DNA from: Chiloscyllium plagiosum
Lineage: Eukaryota
Direction: 5' to 3'
Length of the DNA stretch: 64,000 nucleotides
NCBI RefSeq assembly: GCF_004010195.1
Contig: NC_057718.1
Coordinates: 80,176,116-80,240,115 of the forward strand
Shown: positions 36,325-49,700 of the stretch, in pieces
Layout: the number at the start of each line of letters is the position of its first letter
Numbering within the stretch: position 1 is the first letter of the stretch
Made by a program: the position numbers and the translations under genes
Notes under the pieces: generated by a model
What the model was told of the DNA's origin: nothing
Seen by the model: only the letters and a program-made list of their open reading frames with translations
Database searches by the model: none

Positions 36325-39255
36325 GAATACCAGGCAGTAGTCCAACGGGTTTATTCAAAAACACTAGCTTTTGGAGCACTGCTCCTTGATCAGGTGCTAG
36401 CGAAAGAGGAAGACCTTAGTTACAGAATTTATAAGGAAAAGATCAAAAGGTCATACAACTCATGTTGAACACACTTAAGATGGCTCTTAAATCTTTATTC
36501 AGTTGGAATGGACGTGCAGATTTCATTTGATTAATATACAAATCCCAGAATTTCTTGCAAACCACTGCCCTGAGATAATTTAACATGTTATCAATATAAA
36601 GGAGGTGATCCCTTCGGTCAGACAATGTATTTTAGGCGTGACGTCTTGTTTGGAGTTTGTCTGTGTTTTCACCCAGAGTCAGGCTATTTTATTTCCAAAG
36701 TAGGAGTTTATAAAATGCCACATTGTTCCAAAAGCACACAAATAGAATGTATTTGCAAATACAAATCTGTAAATGCAAAATCACTCCACAGATTTATACT
36801 TACTTGTGTGTGTGCGCGCATGTGCGAGAGGGGGAGAGTATGTGTGTTTGATGTGTGTGTGTGTGTGTGAGAGAGTATATGCGTCTGAGAGACTGTGCCT
36901 GTGAGTGTGTGTCAGAGTGAGAGTGCGTGTGTGTATGAGAGAGGGTCCGTGTGAGTGTGTTTGTGTGCAAGTTAAAGTGCAGTGGGGGCACCTGCAATGC
37001 GACATGAACCCAATATCTCCGTTGAGGCTGTCTTCATGGGTACCAAACTTGGCTATCAGCCTCTGCTCGGTGACTCTACGTTGTTGTGTATCCCGAGGTC
37101 TGCCTTGGAGAACGTTTACCCAGAGATCTGAGGCCAAATGTCCTTGACTGTTGAAGTGTTTACCCACTGGGAGGGAACATTCCTGTCTGGTGATTGTTGT
37201 GTGGTGTCTATTCATCCGTTGTCATGTCATCTGCATAGTTTCACCGACATACCATGCCTCGGGGCATCCTTGTCTGCAGCATATGAGATTTACAACGTTG
37301 GCCGAGTCACATGAGTAACTGCCCCGGCCAATGTTGTATACCTCATATGCTGCAGGCAAGGATGCCCTGAGGTATGGTATGTTGGTGAAACCAAACAGAT
37401 GCTACGATAATGGATGAATGGACACCACACAACAATCACCAGACAGGAATGTTCCCTCCCAGTGGGCAAACACTTCAACGGTCAAGGACATTCGGCCTCA
37501 GATATTTGGGTAAACATTCTCCAAGGCAGACTTCGGGATACACAACAATGTAGAGTCGCCGAGCAGAGGCTGATAACCAAGTTCAGTACCCATGAGGACA
37601 GCCTCAACCGGGATCTTGGGTTTATGTCACACTACAGCTGACTCCACCACACTACATACTCTCTCACACATATGCACACTCACACAGACCCTCATACACA
37701 CACACACACACACTCTCTCTCTCAAGCGCACACACACACACACACAAACATATACAGACACAAACTCACACTGTCTCAGATGCATAGACTCCCTCGCACT
37801 CTCTTTCTCAAACACACACACACACACAGACACATACACACTTCTCTCTCCCCTTCACACACACATACCTCCTTCTCTCCCCCCACACACAGACACACTC
37901 CCCCTCTCTTGGACAGACACACACACACCCACACCCACACATAAATCTGTGAGGTGAATTTGTATTTGCAGATACATTCTATTTTATTTAGAAAGCACAC
38001 AATTTGTAGACAGAGTAGGGAATAGAGTAGAGTAGAATTTATTTATCATTTCTACTTTATACAACTGATACAGTAAGAAAAAATGGCGTTCCTCCAGGAC
38101 CAAGGTGCTACATGGACAGCACTAAGTACTCGATCATACAAAGGGTGGCATAAAGTGCATAAGAAGTGCAAAACACATAAATTACAATGTAATAAAAGAA
38201 TGATAATTAATAGACATTGTTCTAGCAGCAATTCGAAGTTGTGTGAAGAACTTGATGGGATAGAATCCGATCATACAGTGTTAAGGAGCCTGATGGCTTG
38301 GGGGAAGAAACTGTTGCACAGTCTGACTGTGAGAGACCATATGCTCTGGTATCTTCTGCCAGATGGCAGGAGTGAGAAGAGTTTGAGTGAGGGGTGTGTG
38401 GGGTCTTCCACAATGCTCTTAGACTTTCGGATGCAGCATGTGGTATAAAGGTATAATTGTCTGTAATGGAGGGAAGAGAGACCCCTCTGATCTTCTCAGC
38501 TGTCCTTACTATCTGCTGGAGGGTCTTACGATCTAAGACAATAAAATTTCCAAACCAGGCAGTGATGCAGCAGCCCAGGATACTCTCAATGAACCCTCTG
38601 TAGAATGTGGTAAGGGTGGGGTGGGTGGATGTAGGCTTTCCTTAGTTGACACAAAGTATACACTTTGCTGGGCTTTCTTAGCTATGGAGCTGGTGTTGAA
38701 GGACCAGGTGGGATTCTCTGCAATCAGCAGTCATAAAATTTGATGCTCTTCACGATTTCCACAGGGGAGCCGTTGATGCTATTCCCAATCTGGACTGACT
38801 GAGGTCAAAGTGACATTTTATAAATTCCTTCTTCGGAAAAAAAAACAGCCCTGACTCCAGGTTAAGACACAGATAGACTCTAAACAAGGTCTCACGCCTA
38901 AAATACATTGTCTGACCGGAGGTGTCACCTCCTTCATATTGATAACGCCTCAAGTTATTTCAAGGCAGTGACTTGAAAGAAATTCTGGAATTCATATTAA
39001 TCAATTGAAACCTGCACCTCCATTCTAACTGATTAAAGATTTAAGAGCCATTTTAGGTGTGTTCAATGCATTCGCATGAGTTGTATGACCCTTTGATCTT
39101 TTCTGTGTCTAAAGTCTTCCTCTCTCACTAGCACCTGATGAAGGAGCAGTGGTCCAAAACCTAGTTGTTTTCAAATAAACCCACTGGACTATAACCTGGT
39201 GTCGTGTGATTTTTGACTTTGCCCAATCCAATCCAAAACTGGCAGCTCCACATCA
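36325..39255. mobile_element. Head-to-head pair of a second Penelope-like family (GIY-YIG plus CA-rich spacer)
   Basis: NVVYLICCRQGCPEVWYVGETKQ..MNGH..PVGKHFN..RVAEQRLI.KF on plus from 37325 and mirrored on minus up to ~37320; CA/TG microsatellites in both arms. Confidence 0.87.
38015..38780 (-). mobile_element. Rex1/Babar-type LINE 3' fragment
   Basis: Minus-strand IVEDPTHPSLKLFSLLPSGRRYQSI..RLCNSFFPQAIRLLN. Confidence 0.8.
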
Positions 39256-40694
39256 CTTCTTGAGTAGTGCCAAGAGAAATCTGGTCATATTAACTAACAC
39301 ATTACTGAAAGAGAATTAGAAATTGCAAAAATCACAAAGTAGGTTTTAAATGTAATTATTAAATAAAATCAGAATAATCTCATGTACTGTACTACCAGCT
39401 GTGACTGCAATGTGTTAGATGTATATATTCATGAACATACAACACTATTATATTATTATGTTGATTTAATTACTTTCAGGACTTTGTGCTCCAAACTGAA
39501 ATTATAATTTTTAATCCTTTTCCATGTTATCCCTTTGAAACGATTAAGAACAAAAGATTCTTTCAGTATGAGCAACATAAGGCCACATTTACTCATCAGC
39601 TTGAACCATGTAGACATCTGTGCTGCCTTATGTCACCTAATCCGTGAGGATTTGATGCACAACTAATCCATTGAATTGCTTGTTAGCACAACAAATCTTC
39701 ATGTTGGCAGTCTTCATTTTAACCATTGTGACATTACGAACTGACCTTTAAAAGAAACATGTACAAACAGGAGCAAGGAGACATTTTGCTAGCAACCATG
39801 GGGAGAATCAAGGATGCTCTTGAACGTAGAGAAATCCCGTCTCACTTGACCACCTTTCCATCCATGCTTTATGGCATTCCACCTTGCAGATATTGTTGCC
39901 ATCCTTCACATCTGTCATTCCGCTTTCCATCGTTCCTTATAGCCTGCAGTTCTGAAGAATGATTTTCCAAGTCCCGTTCCAGCAGCAGCAGCTGCCCTTG
40001 TCTCCAACCACAAAGTCTTTTCCCCTTAGTTTAACTGGACCATGACCCATCCCCTCCAGAGACCCAACCAGACAGCCTTGGACGAGAAGTAACCAGACCT
40101 CTGACTATCAGTTGTACAGTTACCTTCTCATGTAAGCCCCACCCCATCATTCTGGCTGGTGGAGAACCAAAGGACTGATCAGAAGACAGGCATGGATCAC
40201 CTGTCTAAGATGCCTGACCATGGCCCATCCCCTTGACGGGTATGGAAGGCATGCAGGGAGGGGTCACAGAAGCAGGTGAGCAATGTGAAGAAAGCCGGCG
40301 AGCATCCCTGAGATGTAACTTAGCCTGATCCATGAATTGGGTGCCTGTGGCTGTGAGCAAAATATGTCAGCTTCAGCTTTTCTATGCTGTTGGTATGCCC
40401 TGAAGTGCCTCACACTGCAAGCATATCTGAGAAGTGTCATGAGGGGTTGTTGAATGCTGGACACCAATGTCCATCAACAAGGTGTGGCCAGTGCCCAGGG
40501 ATCCTATCCTGCTTTCGTTGTATGCAACATGGAAGTCCTTTGGAGCAAGCGCTGAGTTAAATCCTTCAGGTACCCATTCTGGCTTCCGTTTTCCCAACCT
40601 TGTTAGTTTGTCACATTCATAATGCCCTTAATTGTTTCTCCTTTTCAAGTGGTATTTTAACTTATTATTCACACTATTAGTTAGATTTTCATGC

Positions 40695-43600
40695 ACTACA
40701 AAGAACAAAGAAAATTTACAGCCCAGGAACAGACCCTTCAACCCTCCAAGTCTGAGCCGATCCAAATCCACTGTCTAAACCTGTCACCAAGTGTCTAAGC
40801 ATCTGTATCCCTCTGCTCCCCAACTACTCATCCATCTGACCAGATGCATCTTAAATGAATCTACTGTGCCTGCCTCTACTACCTCTGCTGGCAATGCGTT
40901 CCGGGCACCTACCACTGTGTAAAATACTTGCCGAGTGTATCCCCCTTAAACTTTTCACCTCTCAGCTTGAAAGCGTGGCCTCTCGTTATTGAATCCCACA
41001 CCCTGGGAAAAATACTTCTCTATCGACGCTGTCTATACCCTTCATGATATTGTAGACCTCATCAGGACCCCCTTAACCTACTTTTTTCAAATGAAAACAA
41101 TCCTAATCTATTCAACCTCTCTTTATAGCTAGTACCTTCCATACCAGGCAACATCCTCGCAAACCTTCTCTGCACCCTCTCCAAAGCGTCCACAGCCTTT
41201 TGGTAATGTGGTGACCAGAACTGTACACAGTGTTCTAAATGTGGCCGAACCAATGTCTTGTACAATTTTAACATGACCTGCCAGCTCTTATACTCAATAC
41301 CCCGTCCGATGCAAGCAAACATATCATATGCCTTCTTGACCACTCTATCCACCTGTGCAGCAACCTTCAGGATACAATGGACCTGAACTCCCAGAAAGAG
41401 TCATAGAGATGTACAGCACGGAAACAGACCCTTCGGTCCAACTCGTCCATGCCGACCCGATATCCCAACCCAATCTAGTTCCACCTGCCAGCACCTGGCC
41501 CATATCCCTCCAAACACTTCCTATTCATATACCCATCTAAAAGCATCTTAAATGTTGCAATTGTACCAGCCTCCACCACTTCCTCTTGTAGCTCATTCCA
41601 TACACGTACCACCTTCTGCATGTAAATGTTGCCCCGTAGGTCTCTTTTATATCTTTCCCTTCTCACCCTAAACATATGCCCTCTAGTTCTGGACTCCCCA
41701 ACCCCAGGGAGGTCGATATATCTTATCCATGCCCCTCTTAATTTTGTAAACCTCTACAAGGTCACCCCTCAGCCTCTGACACTCCAGGGAAAACAGCCCC
41801 AGCCTGTAGAGCCTCTCCCTATAGCTCAACTCCTCCAACCCTGGCAACATCCTTGTAAATCTTTTCTGAACTCTTTCAAGTTTCACAACATCTTTCCTAT
41901 AGGAAGGAGACCAGAATTTCATGCAATATTCCAACAGTGGCCTAATCAATGTCCTCTACAGCCGCAAAATTACCTCTCAACTCATGTACTCAATATTCTG
42001 ACCAATAAAAGAAAGCATACCAAACGCCTTCTTCACTATCCACTTTCAAGAAGCTATGAACCTTGAAACAAAGAGAACTCCAAGGTCTCTTTGTTCAGCA
42101 ACACTCCGTAGGACCTTGCCATTAAGTGTATAAGTCCTGCTAAGATTTGCTTTCCCAAAATGCAGCACCTCACATTTATCGAATTAAACTCCTTCTACCA
42201 TTTCTCAGCCCATTTGCCCATCTGGTCAAGATCCTGTTGTAATCTGAGGTAATCTTCTTTGCTGTCCACTACACCTCCAATTTTGGTGTCATCTGCATTT
42301 TATATCTATCCCCTCTCACCCTAAACCCATGCCCTCTAGTTCTGGACTCCTCCACCCTAAATCTATGCCCTTTAGTTCTGAACTTTGTCTATTTATCCTC
42401 TCCATCCTCCTCATGATTTTATAAACCTCTCAGCCTCCGGTGCTCCAGGGAAACAGCCATAGCCTATTCAACCTCTCTCTATATCTCAAATCCTCCAACC
42501 CTGACAACATCCTTGTAAATCTTTTCTGAACCCTTTCAGGTTTCACAACATCTTTCCGATAGGAAGGAGACCAGAACTGCATGCAATATTCCAACAGTGG
42601 CCTAACCAATGTCCTGTACAGCCGCAACATGACCTCCCCATTCCTGTACTCAGTCCTCTGACCAATAAAGGAAAGGGTACCAAACGCCTTCGTCACTATC
42701 CTATCTACCAGTGACTCCACTTTCAAGGAGCTATGAACCTGCACTCCAAGGTCTCCTTGTTCCACAACACTCCTTAGGACCTTACTAATATATGTGTACT
42801 AATATATATGTATAAGTCCTGTTAAGATTTGCTTTCCCAAAATGCAGCACCTCACATTTATTTAAATTAAACTCCATCTGCCACTTCTTAGCCCATTGAC
42901 CCATCTGATCAAGATCCCGTTGTAATTTGAGGTAACCTTCTTTGCTGTGCACTACACCTGCAATTTTGGTGTCATCAGCAAACTTACTAACTATACCTCT
43001 TATGCTCCCATCCAATGCATTTCTACAAATGATGAAAAGTCGTGGACCCAGCACCAATCCTTGTGACACTCCACTGGCCACAGGCCGCCAGTCTGAAAAA
43101 CAACCCTCCACCACCACCACCCTCTGTCTTCTATCTTTGAGCCAGTTCTGTATCCAAATGGAGAGTTCTCCCTGTATTCCATGAGATCTCTCATCAACTT
43201 TTCCCATGGGGCTCTTCCATTTACTGTATAATTCGCTCTAGAATTAGACTTCACTGTTTGCTTATTATTGAAGCCAATGTGGCATGCAGCCTAAATATAC
43301 TGCTCCAGGAAATTATCCTGAGTGCACTCAAGAAATTCACTACCTTTCTGATTTGTGTTAGTTGGTTTATTCGTATCTGAATGAAAGATCTTGATTATTC
43401 ACTTTATCTATGCTCTTATGATTTTAGAAACCTCTATAAGGCCATCCCTCAGCCTCTGATGCTCCATGGAAAGAAGTCCAAGACTATTCAGCCTCTCCCC
43501 ACAAGTGAAAGCCTCCAGTCCTACCAACATCCTTGCAAATATTTTCTGCACCCTTTAAAGTTTAACAACATCCTTTCTATGTAAGGGTAACCAGAATTGT

Positions 43601-43755
43601 ATGCTGTATTCTAAAAATGATCTGACCAATATCCTGTACAGCCGCAACATGATGTCCCAACTCTTATACTCAATGTTCTGACCAATGAAGACAAACGTGC
43701 CAAACACCTTCTTCACCATTCTGTCTACCTGCATCTCCACTTTCAAGGAACTATA
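40695..43755 (-). mobile_element. Four stacked CR1 LINE 3' fragments
   Basis: LVRPHLEHCVQFWSP, IRPLLEYCMKFWSP, LVRPLLEYCMQFWSP, SGVSQGLVLGP..KFADDTK. Confidence 0.92.
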
Positions 43756-44229
43756 ACATAAACTAAGGCAAATATCAGGAGCAAAATAGCAGTCCCTTCT
43801 TCCCTCTCTGCACTGAATTCCCGACTTTTCATCAACTTCAGCAGACGATCTATGCCGGATTCATCTCATAATCACTTGACAGTTTAAAAAAATATCCAAT
43901 ATTAAGATGTCAAAAAGGAACTCTGCACTTTAAAGGTTAATTTACTGTGTCAAAGAAGTTGTTTGCTAGTAATTAAAACTTGCTAAGCCATTAAAATTCA
44001 CTCACACTTGAATATTTAGGAGATATCTAGTGGATAAGTACCCCAACATTATGCCCATCATGTGATTAAGTCTTCAGTCTCTCTGAGATATTAATATAGT
44101 ACAGTTTCTGGAGGTGCATGGCAACTCAGACAACTATTTCCTGATTTCTATGTTCAACTGCCCATGATGCCAGAGGCTGATGTCTGATTTACTCCTTCAT
44201 CACAGTCACACAAATCCTCTCTACGAAGT

Positions 44230-45103
44230 GCCATAAAGCGGAGGTCGATCCCCTTCAGACAACTAAAACCAAAACACCAGAGAGGCTCACCTTATCTCAA
44301 TCTGTTAAAAGTAGTGTGAAAAATGATATAACCTACTTCTCACTCCCTAATCTGTTATAAAAGAGTGGTTAAATAAAATGAAATCCTTTTACTTACTATA
44401 ATCAACAGTGAACAAATTAACAGAAGCACTAACACACCAAACAATTCCCCTCTTATTACTATTTCCTAATAAAACAAAATCCTAATGGCATGCTGTTTCA
44501 ATAAATACAAGTCCACCTTATATAACAGAACAATAGAATTTAGTCTTTCCAAAATTACAGCTAGGATATGATGTCTTCCGGAATACTCCTCGCCCTCTCC
44601 ACTGATCTTCTTTCATGAAAGCCTCCTGCTTTGAATTCTTGAGTCAGTTCTTCTGTCAGGAATGTTTTCTCTGTGAATTCTGCTGTCTGGAATATTAGCT
44701 AGGAGTGCAGCAATACTTTTACTAATCAGACGGTGCTTTCTCTGAGAGCTGAAAGTTGTTACCGCTTCAGATGGCAGTTTGCTCACAGCGATGTTCCAAA
44801 TTCCCTCGATGACCTATTAATTTCTTTACAAACTGATTAGTTCTAGGTAGTCAAAACCATCAGATTTAAATTTAATTGGTTTTTAATATCTAAGGGCTTG
44901 ATTTAAATTGATTAGCTAAATTTAAAAAGACTTGATGTCTTGGTAAAAATGCTGTTTGGCTGTTCGATTCAAAATGTTTCAATTTGGGTGCTCTCTGTGC
45001 ACCTGCACTTTAAACTGTTGTTCAGACGTCCATTTTAACTCTAAGAACTGAAAAACACCACCTTTTAAAGGGATCACACAATGATTTCCACACCCCATTT
45101 TAC
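44230..45103. mobile_element. LTR related to the solo LTR at 7958-8710
   Basis: Shared blocks aaaccaaa..gctcacct..aatctgttaaaa, gatggcagtt, aaa(c/t)tgatt(g/a)g(t/c)taaattt and caaa(a)tgtt; TG...CA ends. Confidence 0.65.
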
Positions 45104-45149
45104 AATTTTACACACACCAGCTTTGCAACGAAAGTGAACTGCAGTCAGG

Positions 45150-45900
45150 AGCATAACTAAATATTTCAGTTTTCCTCTCTACCTGTTCCTTCAGATGTAG
45201 ACATTGTTGAAAATTTCAACAATTTGACAACATCTTCAGTCTTGCATACTGTTCCCTACTTACTCCACAAAGTTCATTGGAACACTTTGCAAGACCACTC
45301 TGAGTAGTCCAAGTACCTGAATTAATAGCACCATTAAATTCTGCAAAGTCTTATTTCTCGTTTGTTTTATTTTATCTGTTGACCAACAGTTGCCAGAGAT
45401 AGGGACAGGAGTTCTTGTAGGTGTTTTAACAGAAGTATCATTAACCATGGCTGCATCCAATTCCCTCTTTATGTCAAGGAACAAGCTTTTCTGTCATTAT
45501 TAATCACATTTGATAGCCTCTGACTGAAAGCATAATGGTTAATCTCATGGAAGCATTACCATATGTGCATTGTTTTATGGCAAGGAATCCTATACTATTT
45601 GCATTTTGATTGGGATACAATGCTAAAAATTATGATGCACCATAGGATTCTTACAGGTATTAAAATGGTAAATATACTTATTTTTAATGATATTCTGTAT
45701 CTTGAAAAAATCATTAATGTTGAAAATCAGTTTTGCTAGTGTTACCACTTCTATTAATTTCTGCTGATCGAAGCCTATTCTTCCAAAGATCCAGTAATCT
45801 GAGAAGATCAAACAGTCTTCAATACTTAATGCTGAATATAGTATCTTTAATATTTCATATTGGTTCCTCAAGTTGAAGGATCTGGGCGAATTTAACTCCA
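45150..45900 (-). mobile_element. Possible heavily decayed Gypsy integrase
   Basis: LSIEDCLIF and FAEFNGA..TQSGLAK loosely resemble integrase-region motifs; next to an LTR. Confidence 0.3.
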
Positions 45901-46789
45901 TTGATGGCGTCAGTCAATGATTGCCCGAGCAGGTTCTTCAGCACATCTCAAGTGTCATTGTTGAATCTGAAATTTACTGCATCCTTAATCATACCCATCT
46001 GCATTACATCCACCTTCAAGTAGTTTATTCTTCAAATTCAACATTCTGGTGCCTGCTATGCTTGCCCTCAGAACACAATCGGCATCAGCTTCCATGGCTT
46101 AATGATGTAACTGCTCCATTCATCCTTGGATATTAATTCTGTCAATTCTCTACTCTTACATCCAGACCTTGTTTTCTTCTATGTTTTTCTTCTTCTAAAG
46201 AGGAGTCTGCACCATTAGTTGCATTGTTTCTTAAGAGAGGCACTTATCATACTAATCTTGAGAGGTTGGCTTGATTACTTTCTTATAGATATGAGTGTCA
46301 GGATAATCTATTGAAATTAGATTTAAAACTGTGTTAGCATCACAGGAATGTGAAAGTGGATTGAAGACAGACAAAGCACCGTGATAAGAAGACAGAGAGA
46401 ATTTCATAATGTTAGATACAATAATCATTCAATTATTGGAGTAAGTATGTTTGTCCTGCACAACTGTGTTCTTGAGCTGTTACAAGGTGAGGATACACTT
46501 TGCATTTTACGTGGAAAGAGACTCATGTGTTCTCACCGATTTTCCAAAACTATGTTCTTGGCTATTTTAAAGATATTCAATCCAATCGGGGAAGAATTAG
46601 AGGAATAAAAGGCAGGAAAGCGTGTACTCTCTAAAACCAACCACCTGCCATCAACTCAGACTTTCCTGAAACCCATTTTCCCATAACAACCACCTCACTA
46701 GAAGAATGGAAAAAATCTACTTGTTACTGGACCTTTGGAAGAATAGGCCTCATGCAGCAGACTTTAGCACCCAGAAACTGCCATCTATT

Positions 46790-49700
46790 AGAGTAATAGA
46801 GCCATAGAGATGTACGAATCGGATAAAGACCCTTCAGTCCAACTTGTCCATGACAACCAGATATCCTAAATGAATCTAGTCCCATTTGCCAGCATCTGGC
46901 CCACATCTCTCTAAACCCATCCTATTCATATACTCATCCAGATAAGTTTTAAATATTGCAATTGCCCCAGCCTCCACCACTTCCGCTGGCAGCTCATTCC
47001 ATACATGCACCACCCTCTGTGTGAAAAAGTTGGTGCTTAGATTCCTTTTAAATCTTTCCCCTCTCACCTAAACTATGCTCTCTAGTTTTGGACTCCCCCA
47101 CCTCGGGAAAATACCTTGTCTATTCACCCATCCGTGCCCCTCATGATTTTATAAGTCTCTACAAAAATTAACCCCGCAGCCTCCAACCCTCCAGGAAAAC
47201 AGCCCCAACTTGTTCAGCCTCTCCCTATAGATCAAACCCTCCAACCCTGGCAACATCATTGTAAATCTTTTCTGAACCCTTTCATGTTACACAACATCCT
47301 TCCCACAGCAGGGAGACCAGAATTCCAAAACTGGCTTAACGAATGTCCGCAACATGACCTTCTAACTCCAATACTAAATACACTGACCAATAAAGGAAAG
47401 CATACCAAATGCCTTCTTCAATATCTTATCTACCTGGGACTCTACTTTCAAGGAACTATGAACCTGCACTCCAAGGTTTCCTTGCTTAGCAACACTCCCC
47501 AGAACCTTATATTAAGGGTATAAATCCTGCCTTGATTTGTCTTTCCAAGATGCAACACCTAATATTTATCTAAATTAAACTCCAGTTGCCACTCTGCGGC
47601 CCATTGGCCCAACTCATCAAGTTCCCACTGTACTCTGAGGTAACCTTCTTCACTGTCCACTACATCTTCCATTTTGGTGTCGTCTGCAAACTTACTAAAC
47701 AAACCTATGTTCACATCCAAATCATTATATAAATAACAAAAAGCAGTGGACCTAGCACAGATCCTTGTTGAACACTACTGGTCACAGGCCTCCAGTCTGA
47801 AAAGCAACCCTCCTCTGTCTTCTACCTTCGAGCCAGTTCTGTACCCAAATGGATAGTTCTCCCTGTATTCCATGAGATCTAACCTAGCTAATCAGTCGAC
47901 CATGAGGAACCTTGTTGAACGACTTACTGAAGTCCATAGGGATCTGTTCATGCCCTTCCCTCATCAATCCTCTTCATTACTTCTTCAAAAACTCAATCAA
48001 GTTTGTGAGACATGATTTCCCATGCACAAAGCCATGTTGACTATCCCTAATCAGTCCTTGCCTTTCCAAATACATGTAAAGCCTGTGCCTCAGGATTCCC
48101 TCCAACAACTTGCCCACCACTGACGTCAGGGTTGCTGGTCTAGAATTCCCTGGCTTTTCCTGACTACCTTTCTTAAATAGTGGCACCACATTAGCCAACC
48201 TCCACTCTTCCGGCTCCTCACCTGTGATGATCGATGATACAAATATCTCAGCGAGGGGCACAGCGATCACTTCCCTAGCTTCCCAAAGAGTTCTCGGGTA
48301 AACCTGATCGGGTCCCAAGGATTTATCCATCTTTATGCACCTCCTCCTCTGTAATATGGACATTGAGATGTCGCGATTTATTTTCATGTACTAAATCTTC
48401 CAAATACTTCTCCACAGTAAACACTGATGCAAAATATTTGTTTATTACTTCTCTATCTTCTGCATCCTTGCTGATCTTTAAGGAACCCTATTCTCTCCTG
48501 AATTATCCTTTTGTCCTTAATTATTTGTAGAATCCCTTTGGTTTCTCCTTAACTTTATCTGCCAAACCTATCGCATGTCCTCTTTCTGCTGTTCTGATTT
48601 CCCTCTTAAGTATACCCCTTCTGCCTTTGTACTGTTCTGGGGAATCACTTGATCCCTGCTGCCTATACCTGATAAATACTTCCTTCTTTTTCTTGACCAA
48701 AACCACAATTTCTCTAGTCATCCATTATTCCCTACATCTACCAGCCTTTCCTTTCACCCTAACAGGAACATACTGTCTCTGGACTCTCATCATCTCATTT
48801 TTGAAAGCTTCCAATTTTCCAGCTATCACTTTATCTGTAAACATGGGCCCCCAATCAACTTTTGAAAGATCTTGCCTAATACCATCAAAATTGTCCTTTC
48901 TCCAATTTAGAACTTCAACTTTTAGATCCGGTCTATCCTTTTCCATCACTGTTTTAAAACTAATAGAATTATGGTCATTGGCCCCAAAGTGCTCCGCAAA
49001 TTTGTTTCTCAATTTCTGACTATTGCAGGGTTTATAGTGCAATCCCAATAAGATGATGATCAATCCTTTCTTATTTCTCAGTTCCACCCAAATAACTTTT
49101 CTGGACATATTCCAAGAATATCCTAAGAACAGCTGTAATGTTATTTCTAATCAAAAACACCACTTCCCCTCCTCTCTTTACTGCCTTTCTATCCTTCCTA
49201 TACTCTGGAAGATTAAGCTGCCAGTCCTTTCCACCCCTGAGTCATGCCTCTGCAATTGCTATGATAACCCAGTCCAATATTCCCAGCCATGCCCTGATTT
49301 CATCTGCCTGACCTGTTAGGCCTCTTGTATTGAATTAGAATTAGAATTTCTACAGTGTGGAAACAGGTCCTTCAGCCAGCAAGTCCACACCGCCTCTCTG
49401 AAGATTATCCCACCCCAACCCATTACCCTACATTTCCCCTGAATAATGCACCTACCTAAACGTCCCTGAACACAATGGGCAATTTAGCATGGCCAATTCA
49501 TCTGACCTGCACATCTTTGGACCGTGGGTGGAAACCGGAGCACCCGGAGTAAACCCACGCAGACACAGGGAGAATATGCAAACTCCATACAGTCGCCTGA
49601 GGCTGAAATTGAACCCGGGCCCCTGGCACTGTGAGGCAAACCTCTGCTAACCACTGAGCTACCATGTCGCCCTTGAAACGGATGCAATTTAATTTATCAT

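Noticed and set aside
37680..37945. His/Thr-rich ORFs
   Set aside because: Translation of CA microsatellite
39470..39650. Possible host exon after TTACTTTCAG
   Set aside because: No recognisable product or donor site
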